The translations under genes were made by a program, and so were the position numbers. Shown in pieces: positions 14,529-27,799 of a stretch of 64,000 bases of DNA. Numbering within the stretch: position 1 is the first letter of the stretch; each line of letters begins with the position of its first letter. Where the stretch lies: NCBI GenBank assembly GCA_002633005.1, contig NMRA01000117.1, positions 500,617-564,616 on the forward strand, given 5' to 3'. Below the pieces are notes generated by a model. It saw only the letters and a list, made by a program, of their open reading frames with translations, was not told the origin of the DNA and made no database searches. This DNA comes from Phoronis australis. Taxonomy: Eukaryota > Animalia > Phoronida.

Positions 14529-16043
14529 ATGCGCCCACATATTTATATGTGGACGCATTATGCCGTCATCTCTGTCCGTCCGTCCGGGGGGCGTCCGGCG
14601 TCCGCTGCTCTATCTCCAAAACCCTTTGACATACGTTCATGAAATTTGGCACATATGTTCCATTCATGAATGGGACGACATTTGCGAACTTTTGGACGGA
14701 TCCGACTACCGGTGTGCCCCCTAGTGGCAATTTTAGTTTTTTACGCTTACCTTTGTATCTTCAAAAGTCCTAAACGGATTTTCATGAAATTTGGTATGTA
14801 GGCACGTATTAGTGAGATGACGCTATCCTGCCGTTTTCAGATGGATTCGACGTAGTTTGTGCCACCTAGTGGCCATTTTTAGTGTTTTCGAGTCTGTTTT
14901 TGTGCGTCCACCCCTCTATCAACCAAACCGCTCAAAGGATGATTGTGAAAATTGGCATGTATATGCTTACTATGTAGAGGACGGTTGACGATGATTTTCC
15001 GATGATTTCGACTACTGTGGCGCCTCCTAGTGGCAGTTTTTTTTTTGCGCCTATGACTGTATCTCCTAAACCGTTCGCAGGATCTTTACGAAATTGTGTA
15101 AGTATATTTATATGATGTTAACAACGGAAGATGACGACTTTTGGACGGATCCGACTACCGGTGTGCCCCCTAGTGGCAATTTTAGTTTTTTACGCTTACC
15201 TTTGTATCTTCAAAAGTCCTGAACGGATTTTCATGAAATTTGGTATGTAGGCACCTGTTAGTGAGATGACGCTATCCTCCCGTTTTCAGATGGATTCGAC
15301 ATAGTTTGCGCCACCTAGTGGCCATTTTTACTGTTTTCGAGTCTGTATTTTTGCGTCCACTCCTCTATCAACCAAACCGCTCAAAGGATGATTGTGAAAA
15401 TTGGTGTGTATGTGCTTACTATAAGGAAGACAGCTGACAATGATTTTCAGACGATTTGGACTTCTGTGGCGCCTCCTAGTGGCAGTTTTGTTTTTTTGCA
15501 CCCATGGCTGTATCTCCCAAACCGTTTGCAGGATCTTTACTAAATTTAGCAAGTGTATTTATGTGATGTTGACAACGGACGATGACGACTTTAGGATGAT
15601 TCTGACTACCGGTATGTCTCTAGTGGCAGTTTTAGTATTTGCCGCTAGTGGCAATTTTGGTATTTTACATTGACCTCTGTATTTTCATAGGTCTTCAGGT
15701 GTATACTTTGTGTTACTTCGTGACTATGAAGGAAAAGTTCCAAGTAGAAATTTGTTTCTGGCATTCTAATGCTGTGCTCGTAAGTTGGTAAATTTGTTTT
15801 TAATTCTTTCTGTGGTGCTTTAAGCAACTGGTGTATAGGATGTGCTTGTATTATGAAGATTACTCACATTTTGCCCCTAGCCTATTGAGGAGACAATGAC
15901 CATGCCTTTCCATTTTGCAAAGTATAACATACTACATATATTCCCTCTACTGGCCACTTTATGGTACCAATAAACAACCCTAGAAGGATACCGTATGCGG
16001 TGCAATTGTGGGCACATTTCAACGCTCTGCATTGCTCTTGTTT
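14529..16043 (+). mobile_element. HINE/DINE-1-like element, copy 2 (most complete)
   Basis: Same architecture as copy 1; internal 449-bp higher-order repeat of three subunits. Confidence 0.82.
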
Positions 16044-17782
16044 AAAATTAAGCTGATTTTCATTAAAATTCATTTTGTACTGATTTTTCATGAAGATGGA
16101 ACAAAAGGGTGCGTATCTTTCTGGAAGGTGCCAATGCTTCATTTAACTTAAAAAATGAACTTCACTTGCAAGTTGCAGTATATCTTTACAAACTGTAAGA
16201 TTGAAATACACTGCAATTGACCAAAAATTCAAAATCCAATAATGTGGTATGAATTATTGATCAATATTCCATTTTTGTCCTCTTTCCTGTCTTAATGGAC
16301 GTGGAATGACAATTTGATGTATTTCGTTTTCGCGGTGCTCACGCACATTGTTTAAAATGTTCGTTGTTCATTGTAAACGGATTTTTACTTCCATGTTTCA
16401 AAGGGTCGTAGGTGGCCAGGTGAGGAATTTGTTGACGCAGATCCAGAATTTGATGAAGAAAAAATTGTCTGTTGAATTGACAACATTTCTTTGGTGGAAG
16501 TCGATGGAAACTTTACCAGAATTGAGGTCCGCTTTTGTTCTACTTTGTCCCTTTATTTGCCTCACAATACCTACTTTACCATACTTTTTGTTAAGAAAAT
16601 ATCAGTTACCACCCTTCTCATACTCGTTCAGGTGAAACAGCTTGAAAACTTAAATTCATCACTTGATAGTCAAAATGGTCTAAGTACGGTATTTATAATT
16701 AGCGTTAGTGTCATATTCTACTGCCAGGTCAGGTGGTAGTGTCAATTTTTAAAAAGCTTATCTTTACTGCTATTTTGATCTGTTTTGCTCATTATGTTAG
16801 TAACAGGATTTTAAAATGTGTCTGTAAAAATGCCTGAGATGGCATTTACATCAATGATGACGCAACTCTTTTAGTGTCAACATTTTGCCATATTTTGCCT
16901 CCAAATTCACTAGTAAATTACACAAAAATGTGCAACTTTATACTCGGGAACATTTTACATTATTTTGAAAAGTACAATAAGGTAGAAAATGTCCACATAA
17001 TATTGGCAGGTGAAAGTACTCTCAAAATCTTTTTTAAAGCTGCTACATCTCAGGGCCCACTGACAACATGCTCTTGTATTCGAAACACAAACGTACCTCA
17101 GTTGCATTGCCCTAAATATGTGCATATAGCTCACCACCAGTCAATATTTCCAGGTCAATAGTTGCTCATATTGATCCCTGCTATGGTAACAAATTATTCA
17201 CATCGACTGTTGCTCAGGTAACCTCCATTTCATTCTTTTTATTTTGTGAAGTTCAGGGTATTTCATTGTGTTTTGATATTTTTCTGCTTACAAGCCAAAA
17301 CTTTGCCCTGTGTACCATGAGCACGTCATCGCACTCGAAAATCTTTTGGAGCCTTTTTATTGTCATCTAATTTTTAATGTCACATGTCTTTTTAAATAAC
17401 CTTAAAATATAAAGCACTCAGTGAGTGAAGACTATTGTAGTGATTGTGTGATTGTTTTTTTTTTGATATTGCGAGTGTCTCCCAAAAGCTTTTTCTAAAA
17501 TTTTTCCACAATTATTCAGTTAAAAATTGGTACCTGACTGACTGACTGTTATCGAAAGCTCGAGCATACCCCAATCTGAGCCTCTTTCCATCAATTACTT
17601 TGGCCAAGTAATCAAATATTAAAACAATTATTGACATTCACACGCGATCATTATCTTGGTTTTCACCCAGACCCCAAGAGTCACAACTTTTGAGTCTGAT
17701 AATGAACATACTGGCATTGGTGAAAGTCAATAATGATGTACAAAAATATCTTTTCAGGACCAGTGAAAAAGTGATCTCAATC

Positions 17783-19364
17783 ATGGCCGATCAGAGCGTA
17801 GACGAAAATGATGATGGAGATGACAACTTGCCAACACCACCAGATGGCGGTTGGGGCTGGGTAGTGTGTGCTGCCTCGTTCATGGCTCACTTCATTGCTG
17901 ATGGTGTTTCAGCGTCATTTGGTGTTCTGTACGTTGATTTGCTGGATTATTTTGGCCAAAGTAAAGGAGAAACTGCTTTGGTCGGTTCACTGTTTTATGG
18001 TGTTCCTCTGCTAGCGGGACCAGTTGCTGGTGCTCTGACAAACAAGTTTGGTTGTCGAATGGTAACAATCGCTGGTAGTTTGTTGACAGCTGTAGGATTT
18101 TTGGGGAGTTTTTTCTGCGATACATTTGGGTTGTTGTGCTTCTTTTTTGGCATTGTCTCTGGTTTGGGTCTTGCCTGTGTTTATGTTCCGGCCATTATAA
18201 TTGTTTCCTTTTACTTCGATAACAAGCGTTCCCTTGCTACTGGTATTGCTGTTTCTGGTTCTGGCACGGGTACATTTGTGTTCGCCCCATTTACTGAGTA
18301 TTTGCTCAACTTGTATGGGTGGAGAGGCACGGTCTTGATCACCAGTGGAATTGTCTTGAACATTGCCGTGTTTGGAGCTCTCTACAGACCACTTGAATTC
18401 TCAAGGCAGGACAAGAGGAGAAATTATGAGAGGTCTTTGGCAAAATTTTCCAAGCTCACACAGTCGACGGATGAGAATGAACGTGTAACAATAACGAATG
18501 GTGTTGGTCAGCGACATGCTATGAGTCGTTCCTTGCAAGATTTTTCGACGTGCAGCAATAATAAAGGGACCGGTACAGATTTGAGAAAAGATGTTTTGTC
18601 CATTAATGGCTTGCGTCCACATGCCTCTTCAGCTAATGCCTTAGATAAGTCCAACCATGCAAGCTGTTATAGTATAAAGCCAGTGAATAACAAAGAGAAT
18701 ACAGCAGTGGAAAGTAAAATGACATTAGCACCTATAGAGCGAAAAGACATTTTTTATCGTGGGAGTGTTATACGACTGAATGTTCCGAAGTCTCTTGTAA
18801 AAAGTTGTCCGCAGCTGAACTCGCAATCAACAGGAGAAACTAAAGAGCCTCTCTGTGGCTGTATTCACAGAGTAACTCCAGATACCTTGAAGAGGATGTT
18901 AGATTATTCATTGTTTAAGAACGTTGTTTATGATCTGTTCTTTTTTTCTAGTGCTTTTCTTTATTTGTGGAGCGACACCCCTGGTACATACATAGTAGAC
19001 CATGCTAAAACTTTGGGAGTTGTTACTACAGATGCATCGTTTTTGATTTCTATTATGGGCATTACGGGCACTATAGGTCAGATTAGCTATGGCTACATAG
19101 GTGACCTAAAGCAAGTCAACGCAATGCTGCTCTATAGCATTTCTTTAGTAACATGTGGTGCTGCTCTGGCCTTATTACAGTTTGCTCATCGTTACGAACT
19201 CGTGTGTTTGGTTTGTGTGGTATTTGAGTTCTGCCTCAGTGCTAACTATACCCTGGAGACAATTCTTATTGTTGAATTACTAGGATTAGACCAGCTGACC
19301 AATGCATATGGACTTATCATGTGTGGCCAAGGAATAGCAAGCTTATCGGGACCACCTATTGCAG
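17783..19364 (+). CDS. MCT coding exon 1 (about TM1-TM11)
   Basis: Lies in ORF 17690..19375; ATG at 17783 follows an upstream acceptor; ends at a gtaagt donor. Confidence 0.92.
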
Positions 19365-22300
19365 GTAAGTGGTAATAATGTGTTACCAAGTACGTGGATT
19401 TTTGTCACAATTCTGTTCATGTCGTTTTGCCAATTTGTTACAGCCTGCCTTCAAGACATAGCACTAGATAGACATTCTTTGAAGTTGTGCAGAACGATGA
19501 CATTTTTGCCCCATGTCATCTGCTTAGTTAGGAAACTCCTAAGGCGACTGAATATGGACAGAATGTGAATGCTTTCTTAAAGCTACACATAATGCTCACC
19601 TTGGCAAACCAGTTTTCGGCTTTGTTTTGGTATGGAACCCTTTTTATTATGCGCCCACATATTTATATGTGGACGCATTATGCTGTCATCTCTGTCCGTC
19701 CGTCCGTCCGNNNNNNNNNNNNNNNNNNNNNNNNNNNNNNNNNNNNNNNNNNNNNNNNNNNNNNNNNNNNNNNNNNNNNNNNNNNNNNNNNNNNNNNNNN
19801 NNNNNNNNNNNNNNNNNNNNNNNNNNNNNNNNNNNNNNNNNNNNNNNNNNNNNNNNNNNNNNNNNNNNNNNNNNNNNNNNNNNNNNNNNNNNNNNNNNNN
19901 NNNNNNNNNNNNNNNNNNNNNNNNNNNNNNNNNNNNNNNNNNNNNNNNNNNNNNNNNNNNNNNNNNNNNNNNNNNNNNNNNNNNNNNNNNNNNNNNNNNN
20001 NNNNNNNNNNNNNNNNNNNNNNNNNNNNNNNNNNNNNNNNNNNNNNNNNNNNNNNNNNNNNNNNNNNNNNNNNNNNNNNNNNNNNNNNNNNNNNNNNNNN
20101 NNNNNNNNNNNNNNNNNNNNNNNNNNNNNNNNNNNNNNNNNNNNNNNNNNNNNNNNNNNNNNNNNNNNNNNNNNNNNNNNNNNNNNNNNNNNNNNNNNNN
20201 NNNNNNNNNNNNNNNNNNNCGTCCACTCCTCTATCAACCAAACCGCTCAAAGGATGATTGTGAAAATTGGTGTGTATGTGCTTACTATATGGAAGACAGC
20301 TGACAATGATTTTCAGACGATTTGGACTTCTGTGGCGCCTCCTAGTGGCAGTTTTGTTTTTTTGCACCCATGGCTGTATCTCCCAAACCGTTTGCAGGAT
20401 CTTTACTAAATTTAGCAAGTGTATTTATGTGATGTTGACAACGGACGATGACGACTTTAGGATGATTCTGACTACCGGTATGTCTCTAGTGGCAATTTTA
20501 GTATTTGCCTCTAGTGGCAATTTTGGTATTTTACATTGACCTCTGTATTTTCATAGGTCTTCAGGTGTATACTTTGTGTTACTTCGTGACTATGAAGGAA
20601 AAGTTCCAAGTAGAAATTTGTTTCTGGCATTCTAATGCTGTGCTCGTATGTTGGTAAATTTGTTTTTAATTCTTTCTGTGGTGCTTTAAGCAACTGGTGT
20701 ATAGGATGTGCTTGTATTATGAAGATTACTCACATTTTGCCCCTAGCCTATTGAGGAGACAATGACCATGCCTTTCCATTTTGCAAAGTACAACATACTA
20801 CATATATGCCCTCTACTGGCCACTTTATGGTACCAATAAACAACCCTAGAAGGATACCGTATACGGTGCAATTGTGGGCGCATTTCAATGCTCTGCGTTG
20901 CTCTTGTAGCATTTCTCATGTAGAAATCCTACCTTGACACCATCACCGGTTATGATTGAGCAACTCGACCGGTTTACGTTCCTCAAAATCTGCCGGCATT
21001 AACCATAAACACCATCGCCTCAGGCTGCTGATTATATGTTAGTGTTCTCTAGATAATCAAACCCATCATAATAAACACACTGGGGATGACAACAGTTTTT
21101 TTAAATTTTGGCCATGGAAGTTTTTAAATAGCATATTTGAATAGTTCATGAAAAGTACACGTGATTAGCTTTTTGAATTTTGAAAATCGGACAAGAAATG
21201 CTACTTATACTACCTGATCATTTGTGTAATGTTGCCATATTATGCTCCTCTTTAATTCTGCTGGGTGTGCAATATAGTTGGGCCAATTACCAAACTACCA
21301 GGCAGCAGTTGGATTTTAAGGTATGCCGATTAGTGTTATGTACAATTCTTGGCATGTTATTATAAACTGTTAAAAACCACAAACCTGATTGAGTTTATTT
21401 TTGCTTCAAAAGAAAAAGCCATTTCTGCTAATCTATTTCAGCTTGAAGTTTGCTTTTTTGGCTTGACCTAAGTAGCCTTGCACCGGTCTTTAAGTTTATT
21501 TTTCTGTAATATATACAATACACAATCATTTGAGCATTGTGCCACATACCAATGTTTAATGAACAGCATAAATAACCACAAAATTAAAAAATGCTGAAAG
21601 GTCCATTGCTATATAAATCTCTCTTCACATTACTCTCTGTCATGGCACCCCCTGTAGGGAAATGCGGCCCTGTGAAAGATTGTGATTGACGCCCAGAAAT
21701 CGTGTGTGTCAGCACCAATGTGCATGCCTTGATTTGAATGTTTGTAGTTAACATATTTTGTGGGAATGAGTCGAAAAAGTTTTGTAAATTGTATGTTTTG
21801 TTTGACATGTTGTTACCCTGAGCGTCAGTCAGACAGCATGAACTTGTGCAAACGAAGTGCATCGATTTAGTCAGAATCCTCAAACTAGAAAGACATTTCT
21901 CAATTATAAATGGAGCACTATTCTTGTACAGTCGTAATGCATGAATATTATTTTCCAACCATGTTATTTTGTTCTGTAAAGCACACATGTGAAGTGTAGG
22001 TGGCACTAAGAATTTGTTCAACATTTTGCCATCAGTCGACACAGTTCGTATTTCTCTAGTTTTCCTCTATTTTGGATGTCTCCAGTCATGTAATATACTG
22101 AAGGCTTTAGACATAGATGTTTTGGCATTTCTATTTCAGAATGACAGATACTTCTGTTGTATAAAAATGACAAAATGTAGCTTGACCTTTGAATTATGTT
22201 GAAGGAAAACTTTGGGCAGTATTTCCTGACTGATATGCTTATTTTACATTATTACAAGTTTTGTGTGAATGATCACAATGTTCAGTAAAACTCTTCAATT

Positions 22301-24953
22301 CGTGACCAAAATCATGTGTCACATTGTCCCTTTTTATTTCTTCAAAGGCTTACTATGAAGCTGCAAATACCTCAAATGTTCCCATGTGTTTGGTGACAGC
22401 TGGTTGTCCTGAAATTTGGCTGAATGAAATTTCACTTTTGCGCCATATTGCCTCTTAAAGAATTTCTGCTGTCGTTTGATGACAAAACCAACTAATGACA
22501 TCAGTAAGTGAGCAAATTAAAGGTACACAGCCCGACTTTCCAACGATATAAGTTTCCACTTTCATGAAACATGGAATTGTTTAAAATATGCATCCCGTCC
22601 ACTCACTCACAATATGGTAGTCTCTCTTTGTAAATACAAGACAAGATACTGATATCACTACCAGAAAAAGTGATGAGCACAATCCCAAAATTTTAGCTAC
22701 ACAGACAAGTGCAATTGATAAAGACACTTATTGACATTAGTAGAGACAACAGGACCCACACACATTATATACCTCAGTGTGGCTGATTAAGTTGGATGTC
22801 TGTGAGTGTTGTCATCAGGAATGTTAAGATTATGTAAGACCTTACCAACTTGTCTGGTTATATAACCGAATATCTAAGAAACTATAGATTTTAAGTCCCT
22901 AAAAGTAAATATTTTCTTCAAATAGAAAACATGCAGAATTTGATTTTTTGACTATTTACCAATCTGCTATTAATTGGGTCACTGATGTGACCATGTCCTT
23001 TTAATAAAATTTAACAAAAAAGACAGGTACGTCCAAAACAAAATCACAGTATCAATAACACAACCAAATTTTGTTCCACGTTAAAGGCGAAGTCAACCTT
23101 TTTTCATGTCACTTTTAGCCAAAATAAAGTTCGTTGATTATCCCAGACACATTTTTCACTTAATTACATCTTTTTGTAATTTGATTAATTTCTCGTCCTC
23201 TACTCGGGAAGTGACGTTTTGGGAGGCAAGAGTTTCGCGCCAATTTCTTTTCATTATAGTCTGATTGTGAGAGCTGTTGAGACAGTCATTGTTCTACCTC
23301 GGTTGTGATAAGTTCGGTCGTCGTTTGCTTTTGTTTACAAGTCAGTCAACATGCCACTCATTATCGTCTCACACGCGCTTTGGGTACCTTGCGTCGCTTT
23401 CCGAAGGATGACACACTTCGCCGTACTTGGCTAGCTCGTTCATATGAAGAACGCAGCGCTACCCGTCCACGCAACGTACGAAGCAGTGGAGGGTTACCGA
23501 GTGCGTGGCATGCATTTTCTACCGTCAGATTACGACAGAGATATGTACGCTGAATTGATGAAGGTCCCTGCGAAACAACGCCTGAAGAAGGGTACCATGC
23601 CGACGTTGTTGATTCCCGGCAGTGCCCCGTCGCCAATCCCGAGAAGTGCGTTTTTGAAGCGAGAAGCCTCGCGAGCTGTGGCCACTATATACAGTGACTG
23701 GAGGCACTTCATCTACTGTCACCCGTGCCTCCATTGCGTGCAATTCCTGGAACTAGCAGTGATTCGCCCTGTGCTGTTGTCTCTAGCCTAGAGCCAGTAA
23801 GCAGCCCTGCAGCGATGTTGAGTAGTGGGAGTGAATACAGGCCTAGTTTGACACCCAGTGAAGAGAACAGTTCGTCATCCATTGAACAGATCGGTGAACC
23901 TAAGTTTGATAAGTTTATTGTGGGCTTGTATTGGAGCTATTTAGAAGGTGCCAGGTGTGTGGCGAGGGAGTCACACGGCGGGATGTAAGTAGTTTGTGTG
24001 CTCAGATCACCCTCCAGTGGGAGTGTGTCGCAGGACACTCGGACAAGTGGGACAGTTCTTCCTTTGTACGGGAGACGATAATGAGTACACCCCAGTACGC
24101 AGCAACAGCGTGGCATGTTGACTGACTCGTAAGCAAAAGCAAACGACGACCAAACTTATCACAACCGAGGTAGAACAATAACTGACTCGACTGCTCTCAC
24201 AGTCAGACTATATGAAAAAAAATTGGCGCGAAATTCTTGCCACCCAAAACGTCACTTCCGGAGTAGACGACGAGTAATTAATTAAATTATGAAGAGCGTT
24301 AAGTAAGTGAAAAATATGTGTGGGATAATCAACGAACCTTATTTTTGCTAAAAATGACATGAAAAAGGTTGCCTTCGCCTTTAATGTAGACCATGAAATC
24401 TCAATAATGCTGTTCCTGTTTTCTAAATTTTCATTTTGTTTTCATTTCCTGCAACTTATGAGTTATTTAAAAAAATCATTAAGGTTGTATTATTGATAGC
24501 CCCTCATGCAAAAGTAGATAATTTTAAAAAGAATTCCTAACATTGTTTTGAAGAACAGTGTACAAAGCGTGGTGCTTAAAAGTTTCATATGAAACCAATT
24601 TGCCATTTCTGAGATATAATGTTACATTGTCCTATTCTTAATTTTTCTTCTTTCAGGCGTATAACTTCCCCCAAATTAATGTTAAACGTTGGGATCCTGT
24701 GATTACAGTCTGAATTGGCCTTACTTGCACCTAATGTAGTCATTGTTTATCTACAGGTTTGTTGTGTGATGTGACCGGTACATACGCTGTATCCTTTACT
24801 GTTGCTGGTGTTGGCATCATTGTAGCTGGTGTAGTAGTATTCATCATGTACCTTATACTACGTGAGAGAAAGATGGCTAAAACCAAATGTAAACCAGGAA
24901 CTGTCATTGAAGTTGTTCCTCCAGATGTTACTGAGAAAGACATATTTTTGTGA
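17783..24953 (+). CDS. SLC16/monocarboxylate transporter (MCT) family MFS protein, join(17783..19364,24757..24953), 592 aa
   Basis: PPDGGWGWVV N-terminal motif, YFDNKRSLATGIAVSGSG and LGLDQLTNAYG motifs, many TM segments and a long central loop. Acceptor ttttcag| before 17758, donor GCAG|gtaagt at 19364, acceptor ctacag|GT at 24757; phase 1 is consistent. The exact SLC16 paralogue cannot be assigned. Confidence 0.93.
19649..20907 (+). mobile_element. HINE/DINE-1-like element, copy 3, in the MCT intron and spanning an N gap
   Basis: Perfect subTIRs atgcgcccaca/tgtgggcgcat; the 3' part is near-identical to copy 2. Confidence 0.8.
19711..20219. other. Assembly gap (N run)
   Basis: Run of n inside HINE copy 3. 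Confidence 0.99.
23085..24380 (+). mobile_element. Kolobok-like DNA transposon derivative with ~290-310-bp TIRs and a decayed THAP/Cys-rich transposase N-terminus, in the MCT intron
   Basis: TTAA|AGGCGAAG...CTTCGCCT|TTAA. Frameshifted THAP motifs (RRFPKD..RRTWL, RVxxxHF, LKKGTMPT), then KFIV..ELFRRCQVC..WECVAGH..KWDS. Confidence 0.82.
24757..24953 (+). CDS. MCT last coding exon (GLLCDVTGTY, TM12, C-terminus)
   Basis: Continues GPPIAG into the G-x-L-x-D-x-TG-x-Y motif typical of MCTs; TGA at 24951-24953. Confidence 0.9.
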
Positions 24954-26535
24954 ACCAGTATTGAGTCATGTTACTGAAGTTAGTGTATCACTTCCCTGCA
25001 AACAATCTTTTGATTGGTGAGTTTGATCATCTTATATTGGTCTAGGTGCTGTTGGTTGTATTTTATAATTGTAATGGATTAAAGTTCTTTTATTCCTTCT
25101 TATGAATTTCTGTCAAAACTATATTTTATCGGACTTTATTTATATCATCTTAGTACCGTAATTTACGGTGTTCAATTTGATTTCACAGCCTCTACAGTTT
25201 GCAACATTTATGTTAGGCATTTTGTCACCTACTTGTTCCAAGTTCATGTAGCAGTAGATTAATGTACTATAGCAGCACTGAAAAACGTGGAGGGGGCTAT
25301 AGCCCCCAGCCCCCTGTGGTGCACTGCAGTGCTGTAGTGGTAAAATTAGTGGTAAGTAGGTGCCCAAAGCCCACCGTATCACCTTGAGCACTGAACATAA
25401 CTCAGGGTGCATAGGCGCTACGTTCAGCTGCCAAAAGGTGATTGGCTACGCTTACATGCGCCTACGCCCCACTACAGCACTGGTGCACTGCCCATAGACC
25501 GTGGGCGGCGCTGGACTGAAGAAAGTGGGGGGCTATAGCCCTCCAGCCCCCTATGGTGCGCCACCCATGAAATATGGTAATTGTTATGTTAATTTAGGTA
25601 AAAGTATACATTGTTTCTATTGGCATGTGTGTGCAAATATTACAACTTTATTATGTAATGTCATGGTAAACTTTCCAATTTAAGACATTGTCTGGCTGAG
25701 AAGTGAAATTTATTAATCACCTTTAATTTTCATGCAACATATGTAGCAAGAAATTAATTGCTTTTCCATGTCCAAGTTTTGTACCTCAGCTACCATCAGA
25801 CATTCACAACAGTATTGGAAGCACTTGAAAAATGAAAAAAGGGCAATCTTGGTAATTATTTTTGTCTGAAATTGGTGAGATTTTACCATAAAAGAAAAAA
25901 AAAATGTCCTTGACGAGCATAGCAAAATCGTAAATTCGCAGAAGGTATGAATTAGAGGAATTGCTGTGTACAGGTTAAATCAGTATTAAACAGAATACCA
26001 TTAATATGTCATATGTTACAGATACTCATACACCATGTCTGCCATGATATCTTGTACAATAATAGACACCAGCATATCACTGATGCACACCTGAATAATT
26101 TTACTGAATACATACAAAACACAACAAAATCTAATAACAAATGGGTTGTTTTTGCAAGTTGTTCTGGTGTGATCATAGACTATAATCTATGGTGTGATCT
26201 AGGTTTTCTTTGTTCACAGTGTCAGTTCTGGTGTGATCTAGGTTTTCTTTGTTCACAGTGTCAGCTTGGTCGAGTTCTTACTTGAATATGGCGACTGAAC
26301 AAAAATGTTTTAGAACCTCACAAGTCATCAGTGACCTCAATAGGTACACAACTTGTGATGCATGTTTAGATATTATTGTTATACAAAGGTGACCCTGCCA
26401 TACAATTTTTACTACTTGGTGATGTAATGGCATGTTGTTAGTGGCCTTTGTGGTTACTGTTTTCTGTTTTAATGCTATGTTTATTAAAATACTTTCTTCT
26501 GACATAGTTATCGCAATTATTGTTTTTGCTTTTTT

Positions 26536-27799
26536 ATGTACCCACACATTTATATGTGGACGCATTATGCCGTCATCTACGTCCGTCCATCCGGGCGGCG
26601 TCCGCTGCTCTATCTCCAAATCCTTTAACATACGTTTATGAAATTTGGCGCATATGTTCCATTCATGAATGAGACGGCATGAGCGAACTTTCGGACAGAT
26701 CCTACTACCGGTGTGCCCCCTAGTGGCAATTTTAGTTTTTTACGCTTACCTTTGTATCTTCAAAAGTCCTGAACAGATTTTCATGAAATTTGGCATGTAG
26801 GCACCTACTAGTGAGATGATGCTATCCTCCTGTTTTCGGATGGATTTGATGTAGTTTGCACCACCTATAAGCCATTTTTACTATTTTCAAGTCTGTTTTT
26901 TGCGTCCACCCCTCTATCAACCAAACCGCGCAAAGGATAATTGTGAAAATTGGCATGTATGTGCTTACTATAAAGAGGACGGTCAAGAATGATTTTCCGA
27001 TTTCGACTACTGTGGCGCCTCCTAGTGGCAGTTTTGTTTTTGTTGCCTCTATGGCTGTATCTCCTACACCGTTCGCAGGATCTTTACTTAATTTATCAAG
27101 TGTATTTATGTGATGTTGACTACGGATGACGACTTTCAAACAGATCTGACTATACTGCTGTGTCCCCTAGTGGAAATTTTAGTTTTTTATGTAACTCAGT
27201 ATCTTCAAAAGTCCTCAACAGATTTTCATAAAATTTTAAATATAGGCATCTATTGGTGTGATGATGCTGTCTGCTTTTGGTTGGAATCGAGGTATTTTGC
27301 ACCACCCAGTGGCCACTTTTGATGTTTTCAAATCTTGTGTTTGGTGCCCATCCCTTTATCAACCAAATCATTTTAAAATTGGCATATATGTTCTCAGTGT
27401 GAAGACGACCTTTGATGATGGTAACTGATTACTGTGGCGCCTCCTAGTGGTAGTTTTGTTTTGTGCCCATAGTTGTATCTCTTAAACCCACTGTATGATC
27501 TTCACTAAATTTAGTAAGTGTATTTATACGAAGATAACAACAGACGATGATGATTTTCAGGCGGCTCCAACAGACACGGTGCCCACTAGTGGCAATTTCA
27601 TTTTATTCTGTTTTCCTTTGTTTCTTTAAGTTCCTTGGCAGATTTTTATGAAATATGGCATGTTCCTGTTTTTGGATGGATTGTATGTTTTTGCGCCATC
27701 TAGTTTCCATTTTTATGATACAAATATTAAATAACCCTAAAGCACACCATTTGCAATGCATTCGTGGGTGCATTTCAACGCTCCGCGTTGCTCTTGTTT
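26536..27799 (+). mobile_element. HINE/DINE-1-like element, copy 4 (variant subfamily)
   Basis: Same ends and core repeats, but more diverged 3' subunits and no ~350-bp unique 3' block. Confidence 0.78.

Noticed and set aside
19565-20418. Long ORFs of 183-260 aa
   Set aside because: Artefacts of translating through the N gap.
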